Assembly: GCA_965261405.1 (NCBI GenBank)
Contig: CBDHDD010000002.1
Coordinates: forward strand, 499,395-563,394
DNA from: Dehalococcoidia bacterium
GTDB taxonomy: Bacteria > Chloroflexota > Dehalococcoidia > Lucifugimonadales > UBA1127
DNA length: 64,000 nt
Direction of reading: 5' to 3'
The notes below the pieces were generated by a model, which searched no databases, was not told the origin of the DNA, and was given only the letters and a program-made list of their open reading frames with translations. Position 1 is the stretch's first letter; every line of letters begins with the position of its first letter. A program made the translations under genes and the position numbers. This document shows, in pieces, positions 28,591-37,184 of this stretch.

Positions 28591-29060
28591 CATGGGATAC
28601 CGACAACTCTCCATTGAGGATCGGTGTGAGCTTGCCCAATTGTCCTGCGGGCGCGGGGAGGCAGACACGATGCTCTTCGGGAGGTCAGGGTAGGTGGTGC
28701 CGGCCCTGCACGAGCGCCACTCGCGCCTGCTGATCGCAGCGCGGGCGCTGCCGCCGGCGTTTCGACAGTCGGTGACCTTCGACAACGGGACGGAGTTCGC
28801 CCGTCATCACGAGTGTGCATCGAGACCTTCTTCTGCGACACCGACTTGCCGTGGCAGAAGGGCGGGGTGGAGAAAGCGATCGGGCAGCTGCGCCGTTTCC
28901 TGTCCGGTAGGACGGTCCTGGCGGATGTGTCGGAGGAGCGGTTCTCGCTGATAATGCAGACGCACAACAACACGCCGCGCAAGTGCCTCGGCTACCGGAC
29001 ACTGACCGAGGTTTTCATGGCCCAGGTGTTGCACTTCAAATTTGAATCCACCGCGCAGCC
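28591..29060 (+). mobile_element. IS30-family transposase pseudogene (internally deleted and frameshifted)
   Basis: N-terminal 'MGYRQLSIEDRCELAQL', then a stop. 'VTFDNGTEFARHHE' is in a second frame. 'FFCDTDLPWQKGGVEKAIGQLRRF...HNNTPRKCLGYRTLTEVF' is in a third. Confidence 0.7.
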
Positions 29061-29748
29061 GGGAACAGTTGAGATCGGAATGGGCATCGCAATGATCAGG
29101 GAACGGCGGATAGGCCACTATCGATTCTGCGAATCTTCAAGGTGCGGGGTAGGGAGCCACTTCCCTTCGCCCTTGGAACGACAACGGCGCAGCGAAAAGG
29201 GACTTGCCGGTTGTCCGGCCACAGCAAAACGTCAAGAAAGACATCCCCGCCCGCCGCATTGTGGATGGCGCAGGCTCTCGCCGGAGCATATCCACGCGCA
29301 ACACCGCCGCACCATGTGATGCTCCACGAACGCCTTCCCCACGCCGCGGCGTCGCTACAGGAGACGCAAGCAGAGGTCCCGCCTTTGCCACACCCGCGTT
29401 AAGATGCTATCGAACACCCCGGGAGCGCCCTGACAACAAGACATGGCGACGAACGGAGAACAAGTTGCCCCCGCGGTTGCCTCGCCGTGCCCACTACCGA
29501 CGAACCGGTCCGATACACCATGGGAAGCCCATACCGCCGTTCAAACAGCGAGAGTAACGAGACCTACCTCAACCATGGCGCCTTGTAGTAAAACGCCGTA
29601 TCATACATCGTGCATAGCAACAAGGCTATATCATCTCCCCGTTCCGTGCCTAGGAACGCGGCATCCCCTACCTCTTGGGAACAATCCATCTATGGTTCCC
29701 TACACAACCACATAAGCCTTGCCCACAAGAACACACCGAGTTACTCAA

Positions 29749-30111
29749 ATGATATTGTTTAAGGAACCTGCTGCATCCATGATCCTTCGCGGAGAGAAGA
29801 CTCAGGCACGCAAAATGTGGTCGCGACCACGGGCGAAATTAGGATCTGAGCATCTAGCATGCCGAAGGCTTCCTATGCGCGGCGAAAAACCATTTGCCAA
29901 GATCAAGATAGACCGCATTTGGCGCCAGCGGCTCGGGGATATATCGGAAGCTGATATTAAAGCTGAAGGATACACTGGACGGGAAGAATATATAAGACAG
30001 TATATATTGGGTCGAACCGTTCCCGAGCCGGTGGAAGACGTTGAAGTGTACGTGTTGGAGTTCCATATCGTGGAGCGATATGAGCCTGTGCCGCCTATTC
30101 AACCCCAATGA
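29749..30111 (+). CDS. ASCH-domain protein
   Basis: 'MILFKEPAASMILRGEKTQARK...FAKIKIDRIW...DISEADIKAEGY...VLEFHIV' fits the ASCH pattern. The ATG at 29749 is preferred over the upstream alternative start. Confidence 0.65.
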   Translation: MILFKEPAASMILRGEKTQARKMWSRPRAKLGSEHLACRRLPMRGEKPFAKIKIDRIWRQRLGDISEADIKAEGYTGREEYIRQYILGRTVPEPVEDVEVYVLEFHIVERYEPVPPIQPQ

Positions 30112-30751
30112 TCTTGTGCAGTTGAACGCCCAACCTCCATCCAGGCAAATGGTTCAGCAACTCAATCGCTGACCTTAGATTCGTGGTGGTTTGGTCTAGG
30201 TCAGCATCCCAAACAATGGGCTGCAGGTATCGAACCTGGGCTTCGATTGCATCGTAGCCCTCCGGCCGTATCTCAGGGTTTGGATGGGGCCACAACAATT
30301 TCAACGTATCAGCCCTCCCAATCACCGTCATTGCCGGAGGCAGTTTTGGCGAAAGAGTCAAGTGGTCGAGCCGCTCCAAAACCCCGTCGCGAAACGCCTT
30401 CGTTCCGTTGGTTTCGATGGCGACGCGATAATTCTCAGAGTGAAGAGCGTCTAGCAAAGGTGCGTCAATTTGAAGCGCAGGTTCGCCGCCACTCACCCAA
30501 ACCCATTCAGCACCTGGCGTTCGGAGTGTTGAAAGCCTGGCCAGAATCGAGTCGCTAGTTTCCATTGTGTGGGAGAAAAACTCTGTATCACAATAGGGGC
30601 ACTTCGAATCGGCCTTCGTTTGCGGGCGCCCGTCCCACATGTTGCAACCGGAAAAGCGCAGGAAAAGGCAAACAACACCCGCTAAGGCTCCCTCGCCCTG
30701 GATGGTGGGTCCAAAGATGCTATTCACGCCGTATCGATGCACTACAACCAT
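30095..30751 (-). CDS. queE: 7-carboxy-7-deazaguanine synthase QueE (radical SAM)
   Basis: 'IFGPTIQGEG'. Cluster motif 'C-x14-C-x2-C' (CNMWDGRPQTKADSKCPYC). 'VSGGEPAL'. Starts at 'MVVHRYG'. Confidence 0.85.
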   Translation of the reverse strand: MVVVHRYGVNSIFGPTIQGEGALAGVVCLFLRFSGCNMWDGRPQTKADSKCPYCDTEFFSHTMETSDSILARLSTLRTPGAEWVWVSGGEPALQIDAPLLDALHSENYRVAIETNGTKAFRDGVLERLDHLTLSPKLPPAMTVIGRADTLKLLWPHPNPEIRPEGYDAIEAQVRYLQPIVWDADLDQTTTNLRSAIELLNHLPGWRLGVQLHKIIGVE

Positions 30752-31127
30752 TAGACTCCCACAAAGTAATCGCTTCGACATTAAACGGAGTGTGATCCTC
30801 CAGGCTGCGCAGCAGAAACGAAGCAATGTTCTCAGCCTGTGGGCGCCAGTTAAGAGTAACCACACTCGGGGCCAGTTACACCAACGACGCCGAACATGGT
30901 TAATCACGGTGTACGACGAAGCGGTGGTCAAGGTTAGCGTCAATGAAACCGCCGGCCACCGCCTTCAGGGCGGCAAAACCACCAACCATCCCCTTGTCGT
31001 CCAACGAAGGCGCACAGACAGTTACGGGAGCAACGCAACCATAGCCGTGAAGATTGGAACACGAAGCAGGATGGTTGTATAGAGTATAACCCCTAGTAAA
31101 TTCGAATCTTCGCGTAATGCTGGTCAT
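30720..31127 (-). pseudogene. queD: QueD-like 6-carboxytetrahydropterin synthase interrupted by two in-frame TAA codons
   Basis: A single frame reads '[10 protein letters not shown]...LHGYG...LDHRFVVHRD*PCSASLV*LAPSVVTLNWRPQAENIASFLLRSLEDH...ITLWESNGCSASIRRE'. Stops are at 30900-30902 and 30876-30878. The start overlaps the upstream stop (ATGA). The 3' end overlaps the queE start. Confidence 0.65.
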
Positions 31128-31461
31128 TGCATGTACTCCGTTGGATCCATCACCCCAGCTTCCTGAAAGGCCTCCCGGCGCTCGCAGCAGATGCCACATT
31201 CCCCACATTGCGGCTCGAGTCCCTTATAGCAAAACCAAGTTGCAGCCCAGTCTTATACCAACTCTTCGCCGCTTCTGACAATGTCGCTGAAGCCAAGGAG
31301 TGTATAGGTGGAGCATAGCCCTCTGTTGCTATCGATTCCATCGCAGCAAATGACTCGATAGTCGCCGGACGACAATCAGGGTAGATGGGGTGATCACCAA
31401 GGTGCACGCCAGCAGTTACAATAGGCATTCCCGAACCGGGGGGCGTTGAGAATGCTCGCAC
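31124..31461 (-). pseudogene. QueC-like 3' fragment (N-terminal half missing, -1 frameshift near 31229)
   Basis: 'PIVTAGVHLGDHPIYPDCRP...' resembles QueC 'DYSGYPDCRPEF'. After a frame change it reads '[34 protein letters not shown]', which is the QueC Zn/C-terminal motif. No PP-loop region is present. Confidence 0.6.
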
Positions 31462-31816
31462 CCCCGTGTTCCTCGAGAGGCAGGAGATGCCGTCGGTCGT
31501 CGGTCACCAGGAAGTCGGCGGTGGCGGTCGCCACGCACTCCAGGATGCGGTTGTCGGCGTGGCCGCCGTCGATCATCTCCGGAAGCCGCGGGGGCTCGAT
31601 GACGCTGCCGGCATGCCCGATCGCCCAGAGAGCCTGTGACGAGCGTTCGTCGGTCCATCCGAACTTTCGCGCAAGCACCCCGGCAACCTCCTCCAGGATG
31701 AAGGGGGAAAGATACATCTCGAACCGTCCCCTTAGCGCCAAATCGAGAACGCGGCGCTCGTTGCCGTGACGGTTCAGACCGGAGACGATGACGTTGGAAT
31801 CGAGGACAACGCGCAT
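31394..31816 (-). CDS. PIN-domain toxin (VapC-like)
   Basis: 'MRVVLDSNVIVSG...' is the N-terminal acidic PIN motif. 'FLVTDDRRHLL'. About 140 aa. Its 3' end runs into the queC-like fragment. Confidence 0.75.
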   Translation of the reverse strand: MRVVLDSNVIVSGLNRHGNERRVLDLALRGRFEMYLSPFILEEVAGVLARKFGWTDERSSQALWAIGHAGSVIEPPRLPEMIDGGHADNRILECVATATADFLVTDDRRHLLPLEEHGGASILNAPRFGNAYCNCWRAPW

Positions 31817-32070
31817 GGACGGGAGGCGTTGACTTCGGCCCGGTACTCGTCCATCAGAGCGGCTGCGTCTTCAGGTCCGATGCCCCTCTCCCTGGCCCTC
31901 TCCTCTCCGTACTGGGGCAACTGCCGCCACTCGCACTCGTCAATTTTACGGAGCAACTCCTCCCGCAGGAACTCGCTCCTTGACCCTCCCTGTTGCTTCA
32001 TCGCCTCGTCCACCCGGTCCGCCATCTTCGGCGGCAAGGAGAAGGTGATGGTCCTGGTCGTTCGCGGCAT
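31774..32070 (-). CDS. Ribbon-helix-helix (CopG-type) antitoxin
   Basis: Starts at 'MPRTTRTITFSLPPKMADRVDEAMKQQGGSRSEFLREEL' (RHH beta-strand plus helices). It overlaps the PIN start. Confidence 0.65.
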   Translation of the reverse strand: MPRTTRTITFSLPPKMADRVDEAMKQQGGSRSEFLREELLRKIDECEWRQLPQYGEERARERGIGPEDAAALMDEYRAEVNASRPCALSSIPTSSSPV

Positions 32071-32401
32071 GCCCACCTCTTGTGACCGAGTTGTGCATGA
32101 CACTGCGCCATCGGCGTACTCTCTGTCAAAGGTCTCGAGCCCTCCACCGAAGGACTTTGAGCCGGGAGGACAGGCAGGGCCACGCTCCGCCGTCCACTTG
32201 ACGGGCGGAAGCGGGGAACGGCGGCGGGAGCCTATCAAATCGGACTATCTTCAAGAGAAGACGGGGGTGGGAAGTCACCTCTTCCCCTGGACCTTGCTCT
32301 TGAAAACCTCGTCGGCGGAAATGGAACAACTGCTCAGTGCCGATGCGTTGTTGTAGCATAGACACTGACCATCCCGGACCAATTGAACGCGGAGGTTTGC
32401 T

Positions 32402-32695
32402 TTGCCAACGTTCACCAAGATGTCCATAGCGCAAGCTCAAGCCAAGAGCGCGACCGGCAAACGGGCGGCGCTTCTCCAGGAATACATGGCGTTTGTCCAG
32501 GACGTGGCTTCCGGCGAAGCGGGTTCACTGGAGGCCACGGAGGGTGAGACCACCCAGGCGATTCGGCGCAGGCTCAATGCCGCTGCGGAAGCCCTCGGCA
32601 GGACGCTGGAGACGCGGCGGAACGGCAACACCGTCTACTTCTGGGTATCGGAGGGCCGACGCCGCGGCAGGCCCCGCAAGAACCCAGAGGGGTAG
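32402..32695 (+). CDS. Small hypothetical protein with a C-terminal AT-hook-like 'GRRRGRPRKNP'
   Basis: Third-position GC is consistent with coding. No family recognised. The start is either TTG at 32402 or ATG at 32420. Confidence 0.35.
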   Translation: MPTFTKMSIAQAQAKSATGKRAALLQEYMAFVQDVASGEAGSLEATEGETTQAIRRRLNAAAEALGRTLETRRNGNTVYFWVSEGRRRGRPRKNPEG

Positions 32696-32869
32696 TTGCC
32701 AACATCAGGCCCAGGGAGCGGGCGCGTCGGAAACCACGGGGGTCTCGCACCTCTCGGCCAAGGCCGGGACATCCTTCGTTTGCGTGACGGGCTGGGCAGA
32801 ATCAGGACGCTTGCAGAGGCGCCAGCGGCTGCGCGGAGTGATGCGGCTCGCGCCTGGATTCTGAGCCCA

Positions 32870-35434
32870 CTAGCCCAGGGTTTCATCAAAGCCCAGATCT
32901 CGGACCCGCTGGTAATCGCTCTCCGCCCCTGCCGTGTCCCCCAGGGTTTCGCGCGCCACTCCCCTGCCGTAGTAGGCGGAAGCGCTCGCAGGGTCGCAGG
33001 CGATCGCCGCGTCGAAGTCCGCTATCGCCAGGTCCACGTTTCCGCTGAAGAGATGGGCGCTGCCCCTGCCGCGATGCGCAACCTCATTGTTGGGATCCAG
33101 GTGTAGGCTGACGTCAAAGTCGGCCAGTGCTCGATCATAGTCTCCACTGGCGAGATGGGCGTCTCCGCGGAACCTGTACGCATATGGGTCTTCGGGGTCA
33201 CGGTGCAGCGCCCTATCGAAGTCGGCAATCGCCCGGTCGAATGCACCCTGCCTACGAAGGACTGCTCCCCGCCCGCGATAGGAGCGGGCGCTCTCGGCGT
33301 CGAGTTCGATAGCGGTGTCGAAGTCGGCAATCGCCGAGTCGTATTCCCCTCGGTAGAGCCGGCACTCACCCCTTGCCTGGTAGGCTTGGACAAAGCCAGG
33401 GTCCAGGCGAATGGCCTCGTCAAAGTCGGCGATGGCTAGCTCAAGGGCGTTGAGTTCTCCGTACGACAGTCCGCGGTAATGGTGGGCCATCGCTGCTCCC
33501 GGGCTGAGGCTGATGGCCTGGGACATATCGGCAATCACCTGCTCATGACTCCCCATGTACCCGTGGACGATGCCGCGCAGTACGAGGGCTCCAACGTTTC
33601 TGGCATCGAGCCGTAGGGCAGCGTCAAGGTCTGAGACTGCCTGGCTATCCTCTCCCTTGAGGAAGTGTGACCTTGCCCTGGCAACGTATGCGGCCGCGTC
33701 TTGGGGGTCGCCCTTTATGGCGACGTCCTGAGATGCGAACGCACGATCATCGCTGCCACCACCAGCGCCCGCCGTCATTACTGCCCGTATGGCTTTGGCT
33801 ATGTCCAAAGTACGGTCCAACACCGTTCCCGCGCCCAAGAAACGGGCGGCCTTGCCGTAGCGGTTGGATGTGATCTTGTCGCCGGCCATCAACGCGGCTA
33901 CTGCGGCGGCCACCGCGAAGGATGGATCGTCGGGATTCAATTGCAGGGACGACTCGAAGGCCGCCAGCGCTGCGGCATGCTCTCCGACCTGCGCTTGCGC
34001 CGACCCCAAGGCAAAATAGTACCGGGCATCCAGGGGTCCGCAGGTGGGCGCGACGCCCACTAAGTGGGCAACCGCCTCCTCCGCCCTACCCAGTTGCAGA
34101 AGCAACCACCCGATTTCAGCCCAGGGAAGAATCCAGTCGGGGTCCAAGGCATGAGCGAGCCAGCAGGATTGCATTCCCCGGGAGATAAGACCTGCGTCCC
34201 CGGTCATGCCGCCAATGCCGCCCAGGGCGGAACCCAAGGTAAAGTGGTTCACAGGGTCGAGCGGGTCCAGGTCAACCGCCTTGGCTACCTCGGCGATAGC
34301 TTCGGGGATCCTCCCCTGCACCTGCAGTTCCTCGGAACGCTGGTAGTGCTCGTAGGCTTTGGGGTTACGAACCTCCCAGCGTTCAAGGATACGACCATCC
34401 GTCCGCTCTATGAGCTCATTCACCTCCGCCCGGTGTACCTGCAAGTTGACCTCCAGTACGCGGCCGACCCAATCGAAGTTCGCAGCCAGGAGGTCAGCTT
34501 TCCACTCCTCGTCGCTCTCCAGGATGGCCAGTGCGGCGAGCAGGGGCTCCGCGCGCGGAGCGTGCACCCCCAGCATAACGAGCTCGAGGTGGTCGACGGG
34601 TCCGCCTGCGGCCACCTCCTCACCGTGGATGATGCGAAATGCCTGTAACGCATAGCGGTGGAGGTGGCCCACGATTTCGTTCACGGCATCGACGCCAAGG
34701 TGCTTCCCCAGGACCGCGGCAACATCGCTGGTCCAGTAGAGCAGCCGTAGGTCACGGACTATCCGGGCACGTTCCTGGGGGTCACCGCGGGGCGCCAGCG
34801 CCTCACCGATCTTCAGCAGGTTTTCGTCTGTAGGCCGCGCCCTGCGGTAAAGCCACGCCTCCGCCGTGTTCTTGAAGACTCCCGCAGCGGCTGGGAAGTC
34901 AATCACGGGGATTCCCGCCTTCTTACGCTGCTGGTTCAGGTACCTTCCCCGCCGGGTGACATCCGCCCACGCGAGGAAGTCCAGCGCTGTCTCCGACGCG
35001 CCGGTATAGTGGAGGAGTGCAGCTAGCCTCAGGGCCAAATCGATACTCGCCAGCCTGAGGTACGCTTTCCAAAGAGTGGCGAGACTGCTGGGATACACGC
35101 GCATCATCCTGGGGAGGAGAAACGCCCTCAACCGGTCCCAGTTGACGGTATGTTCGTTAAGTATGGACGAGAGCACGGAGTGGAACGGCATCTCGTCATT
35201 AGGCTGAGGCGTCGCCTCAAAGCCCAAAACGGCCAAAGTCTCCACGATAGCCGCAAGCGTCTCCTCGCGGCTGAGCTCCTTCACTTGCTCGTCGCGCCGT
35301 CCGCTGAAGAACCGCTTGGCAGTCCTGTCACGGAGCATCGCGTCCTGGAAGCCCATAGTATCTACCAGGACACCCAAGATCTGTCCGCTGGTCGGCAACT
35401 GTTGCGAAACTTCAAACTCCACGGCGCCATGCAC
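32870..35434 (-). CDS. 854-aa protein: unknown N-terminal region with a possible HTH segment, plus a long C-terminal TPR array
   Basis: The C-terminal ~500 aa hold many 34-aa repeats ('A..D..AI.LDP....AY..RG'). The N-terminal part contains 'GIPVIDFPAAAGVFKNTAEAWLYRRARPTDENLLKIGEAL'. Confidence 0.75.
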   Translation of the reverse strand: MHGAVEFEVSQQLPTSGQILGVLVDTMGFQDAMLRDRTAKRFFSGRRDEQVKELSREETLAAIVETLAVLGFEATPQPNDEMPFHSVLSSILNEHTVNWDRLRAFLLPRMMRVYPSSLATLWKAYLRLASIDLALRLAALLHYTGASETALDFLAWADVTRRGRYLNQQRKKAGIPVIDFPAAAGVFKNTAEAWLYRRARPTDENLLKIGEALAPRGDPQERARIVRDLRLLYWTSDVAAVLGKHLGVDAVNEIVGHLHRYALQAFRIIHGEEVAAGGPVDHLELVMLGVHAPRAEPLLAALAILESDEEWKADLLAANFDWVGRVLEVNLQVHRAEVNELIERTDGRILERWEVRNPKAYEHYQRSEELQVQGRIPEAIAEVAKAVDLDPLDPVNHFTLGSALGGIGGMTGDAGLISRGMQSCWLAHALDPDWILPWAEIGWLLLQLGRAEEAVAHLVGVAPTCGPLDARYYFALGSAQAQVGEHAAALAAFESSLQLNPDDPSFAVAAAVAALMAGDKITSNRYGKAARFLGAGTVLDRTLDIAKAIRAVMTAGAGGGSDDRAFASQDVAIKGDPQDAAAYVARARSHFLKGEDSQAVSDLDAALRLDARNVGALVLRGIVHGYMGSHEQVIADMSQAISLSPGAAMAHHYRGLSYGELNALELAIADFDEAIRLDPGFVQAYQARGECRLYRGEYDSAIADFDTAIELDAESARSYRGRGAVLRRQGAFDRAIADFDRALHRDPEDPYAYRFRGDAHLASGDYDRALADFDVSLHLDPNNEVAHRGRGSAHLFSGNVDLAIADFDAAIACDPASASAYYGRGVARETLGDTAGAESDYQRVRDLGFDETLG

Positions 35435-35481
35435 CTCCAGTTGTGGTCTCTCGGTGGGTCACGGGTTCTGCCCGATTCGGG

Positions 35482-36351
35482 CTACCAGCCGTACAGTCCA
35501 CCCCTCTCGAGGAATCGCTGAGTATCCACAGCAATGTCCTTGATTGCCTCTTCGACTCCCACCTCGATTATAGGTCGGCTGTAGGTGTGTGCCCCCGATG
35601 TATTGTCGAAGAACCGCCCGGCCGGATCCACCATGACGTAGCTCCCGGTCATCAGGTCGTTCGACTCCGGCACGACACGAACGCCGTAGTCCTCGACGCG
35701 CCGGCTCGATTGAACGTAGCGCTCAAACTCATCCGGTGCGACCACATACTGGTCCACTTCAGCGTCGTTCTGGCCTTTGACGGGGAGCACCTGCAGGAGC
35801 TTCCATCGCTCTGGCCGAGCCGCAATGATGAAGTCCGTGAGGTCCTCCTCCAGATTGCTGCGGGTCACGACGGTGTTCACCTTTATGCGGGCGCCGTACC
35901 CTCTGAGGAGGTCAATCGCTCGCGCGTAGTCATTGGCCGTCAGCGGGCCCGCCCGCAGGGTCCGCCCGATGCCACTGAGGGTCTCTGGATTCACCGAGTC
36001 GATGCTCAGTGCCGCCCAATCGAGACTCCCGTTTACCCTCTCCAGCCATGCCCGCGTGATCCGGCTGCCGTTGGTGACCACCGAAGTGGTGAGCCCCAGT
36101 TTCTTGGCATGGGTGATGAGGTCGGGCAACCAGGGGCAGAGGGTTGGCTCTCCGCCCGCGAAGTTTATCTTCTGGATGCGGGCCCCGGCGAGCGCATCCA
36201 CCAGCTTGAGGCAGTCCTCGCGATCTAGATGACCCTTGGGCAGTGTGTCGCGTCCGACATCTTGAAAGGTTGCGAAACAAAACCCGCATCGCATGTTGCA
36301 GGGTTTCCAGAGGTGGTAGTTCACCGTAGGTATGCCGATTGTGCTCTTCAT
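35482..36351 (-). CDS. Prokaryotic viperin (pVip), radical-SAM ddhNTP synthase family
   Basis: Collinear with animal viperin as I recall it: 'VNYHLWKPCNMRCGFCF' (CxxxCxxC), 'KINFAGGEPTL', 'VVTNGS', 'KVNTVV', 'RWKLLQVLPVKGQN', 'VPESNDLMTGSYVMVD', 'IEVGVEEAI', and C-terminal 'FLERGGLYGW'. AAGGAGG lies upstream of the ATG. Confidence 0.85.
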   Translation of the reverse strand: MKSTIGIPTVNYHLWKPCNMRCGFCFATFQDVGRDTLPKGHLDREDCLKLVDALAGARIQKINFAGGEPTLCPWLPDLITHAKKLGLTTSVVTNGSRITRAWLERVNGSLDWAALSIDSVNPETLSGIGRTLRAGPLTANDYARAIDLLRGYGARIKVNTVVTRSNLEEDLTDFIIAARPERWKLLQVLPVKGQNDAEVDQYVVAPDEFERYVQSSRRVEDYGVRVVPESNDLMTGSYVMVDPAGRFFDNTSGAHTYSRPIIEVGVEEAIKDIAVDTQRFLERGGLYGW

Positions 36352-37130
36352 GATCCTCCTTCTGTCCGGTGTGCTTAAACTTTGGGCACTTCAATTGTTT
36401 GGGTCAGATGCCACAGAGCGAAACCCCAGTTGCACGGACAGAATCCTTTTCGCTGGCTGAAGAAGGGTGAAACTACGGTCGGTGTGTGAGGTGTTTTGTC
36501 AGTCACACGTCGTCATCGAGTCGAGCAGGGGGCAGGGGGCAGGGGAAGAGGCTTCCGCCGTACTGTTGGGGCCGCGACAAGACCCGCACGACCGAAATCA
36601 ATCCTTCTGAGTAGCGACAAAGAACGGATTGTCACGGTGCTGGCCCGCCTATGGATGGATGGCGCACATGACAAAGTGCCGTCCATTAGTTAGTGGGACG
36701 ACCCCAATGCGGGTGACTATTCGTGGCGTTCGCTGTCCAGTCCGGCGGGCCTGAGTGAATGAAGGCAGTACCGTCTTTGAGATGTGACAGCGTCTGAGAG
36801 GTTCACCGAGGCGCGCTACTCCACAAGTATGACGACGCGTGCGAGGCAATTGGAACTACTTCCTTAGGTACTCTTGGGCAGTGGCTCTCCAAATGGTGAG
36901 GCAATCAGCTGCCTCGCATTTCGTCCTTAAGTGGCCTTCTAGGTTCAAGTCCTGAACAGCCCACCCTTCTCGCAGCATCAGTCCCTGAGAATGCTTACTT
37001 CGGGTTGCTTGACCTCGCCCTGGACAGCTTGCTACTTTGCGAAATCGCCGCACGCGTCCGGTCGTGGGGATGTCTGGCAGTGGAGGTCCCTGCCTTCCAC
37101 TACCCCAATGACAGCGCAAAGGAGGCCACT

Positions 37131-37184
37131 GAAAACAGTGCCTGACAGGTGTATCACTGTTGATGCACCTGTCAGGCAGTTTTC
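37131..37184. repeat. 54-bp near-perfect palindrome/hairpin in non-coding DNA
   Basis: gaaaacAGtgcctgacaggtg-[tatcactgttgatg]-cacctgtcaggcagttttc. The arms are 19 bp with a 2-nt bulge. The loop holds the inner repeat atca/tgat. Confidence 0.8.

Noticed and set aside
30876-30902. Considered whether the two in-frame TAA codons in queD reflect stop-codon reassignment or readthrough.
   Set aside because: TAA is used as a genuine terminator elsewhere in the window, for example at 27250-27252 and at the ribD stop at 47459-47461. The neighbouring queC-like gene is independently truncated and frameshifted. Putative Zn-ligand histidines are substituted. Pseudogenisation is the simpler explanation.
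36528-36551. G-run tract gggggcagggggcaggggaagagg as a possible G-quadruplex.
   Set aside because: Only three strong G-runs plus a weak GG are present. There is no positional argument for function. It is noted only as a curiosity.
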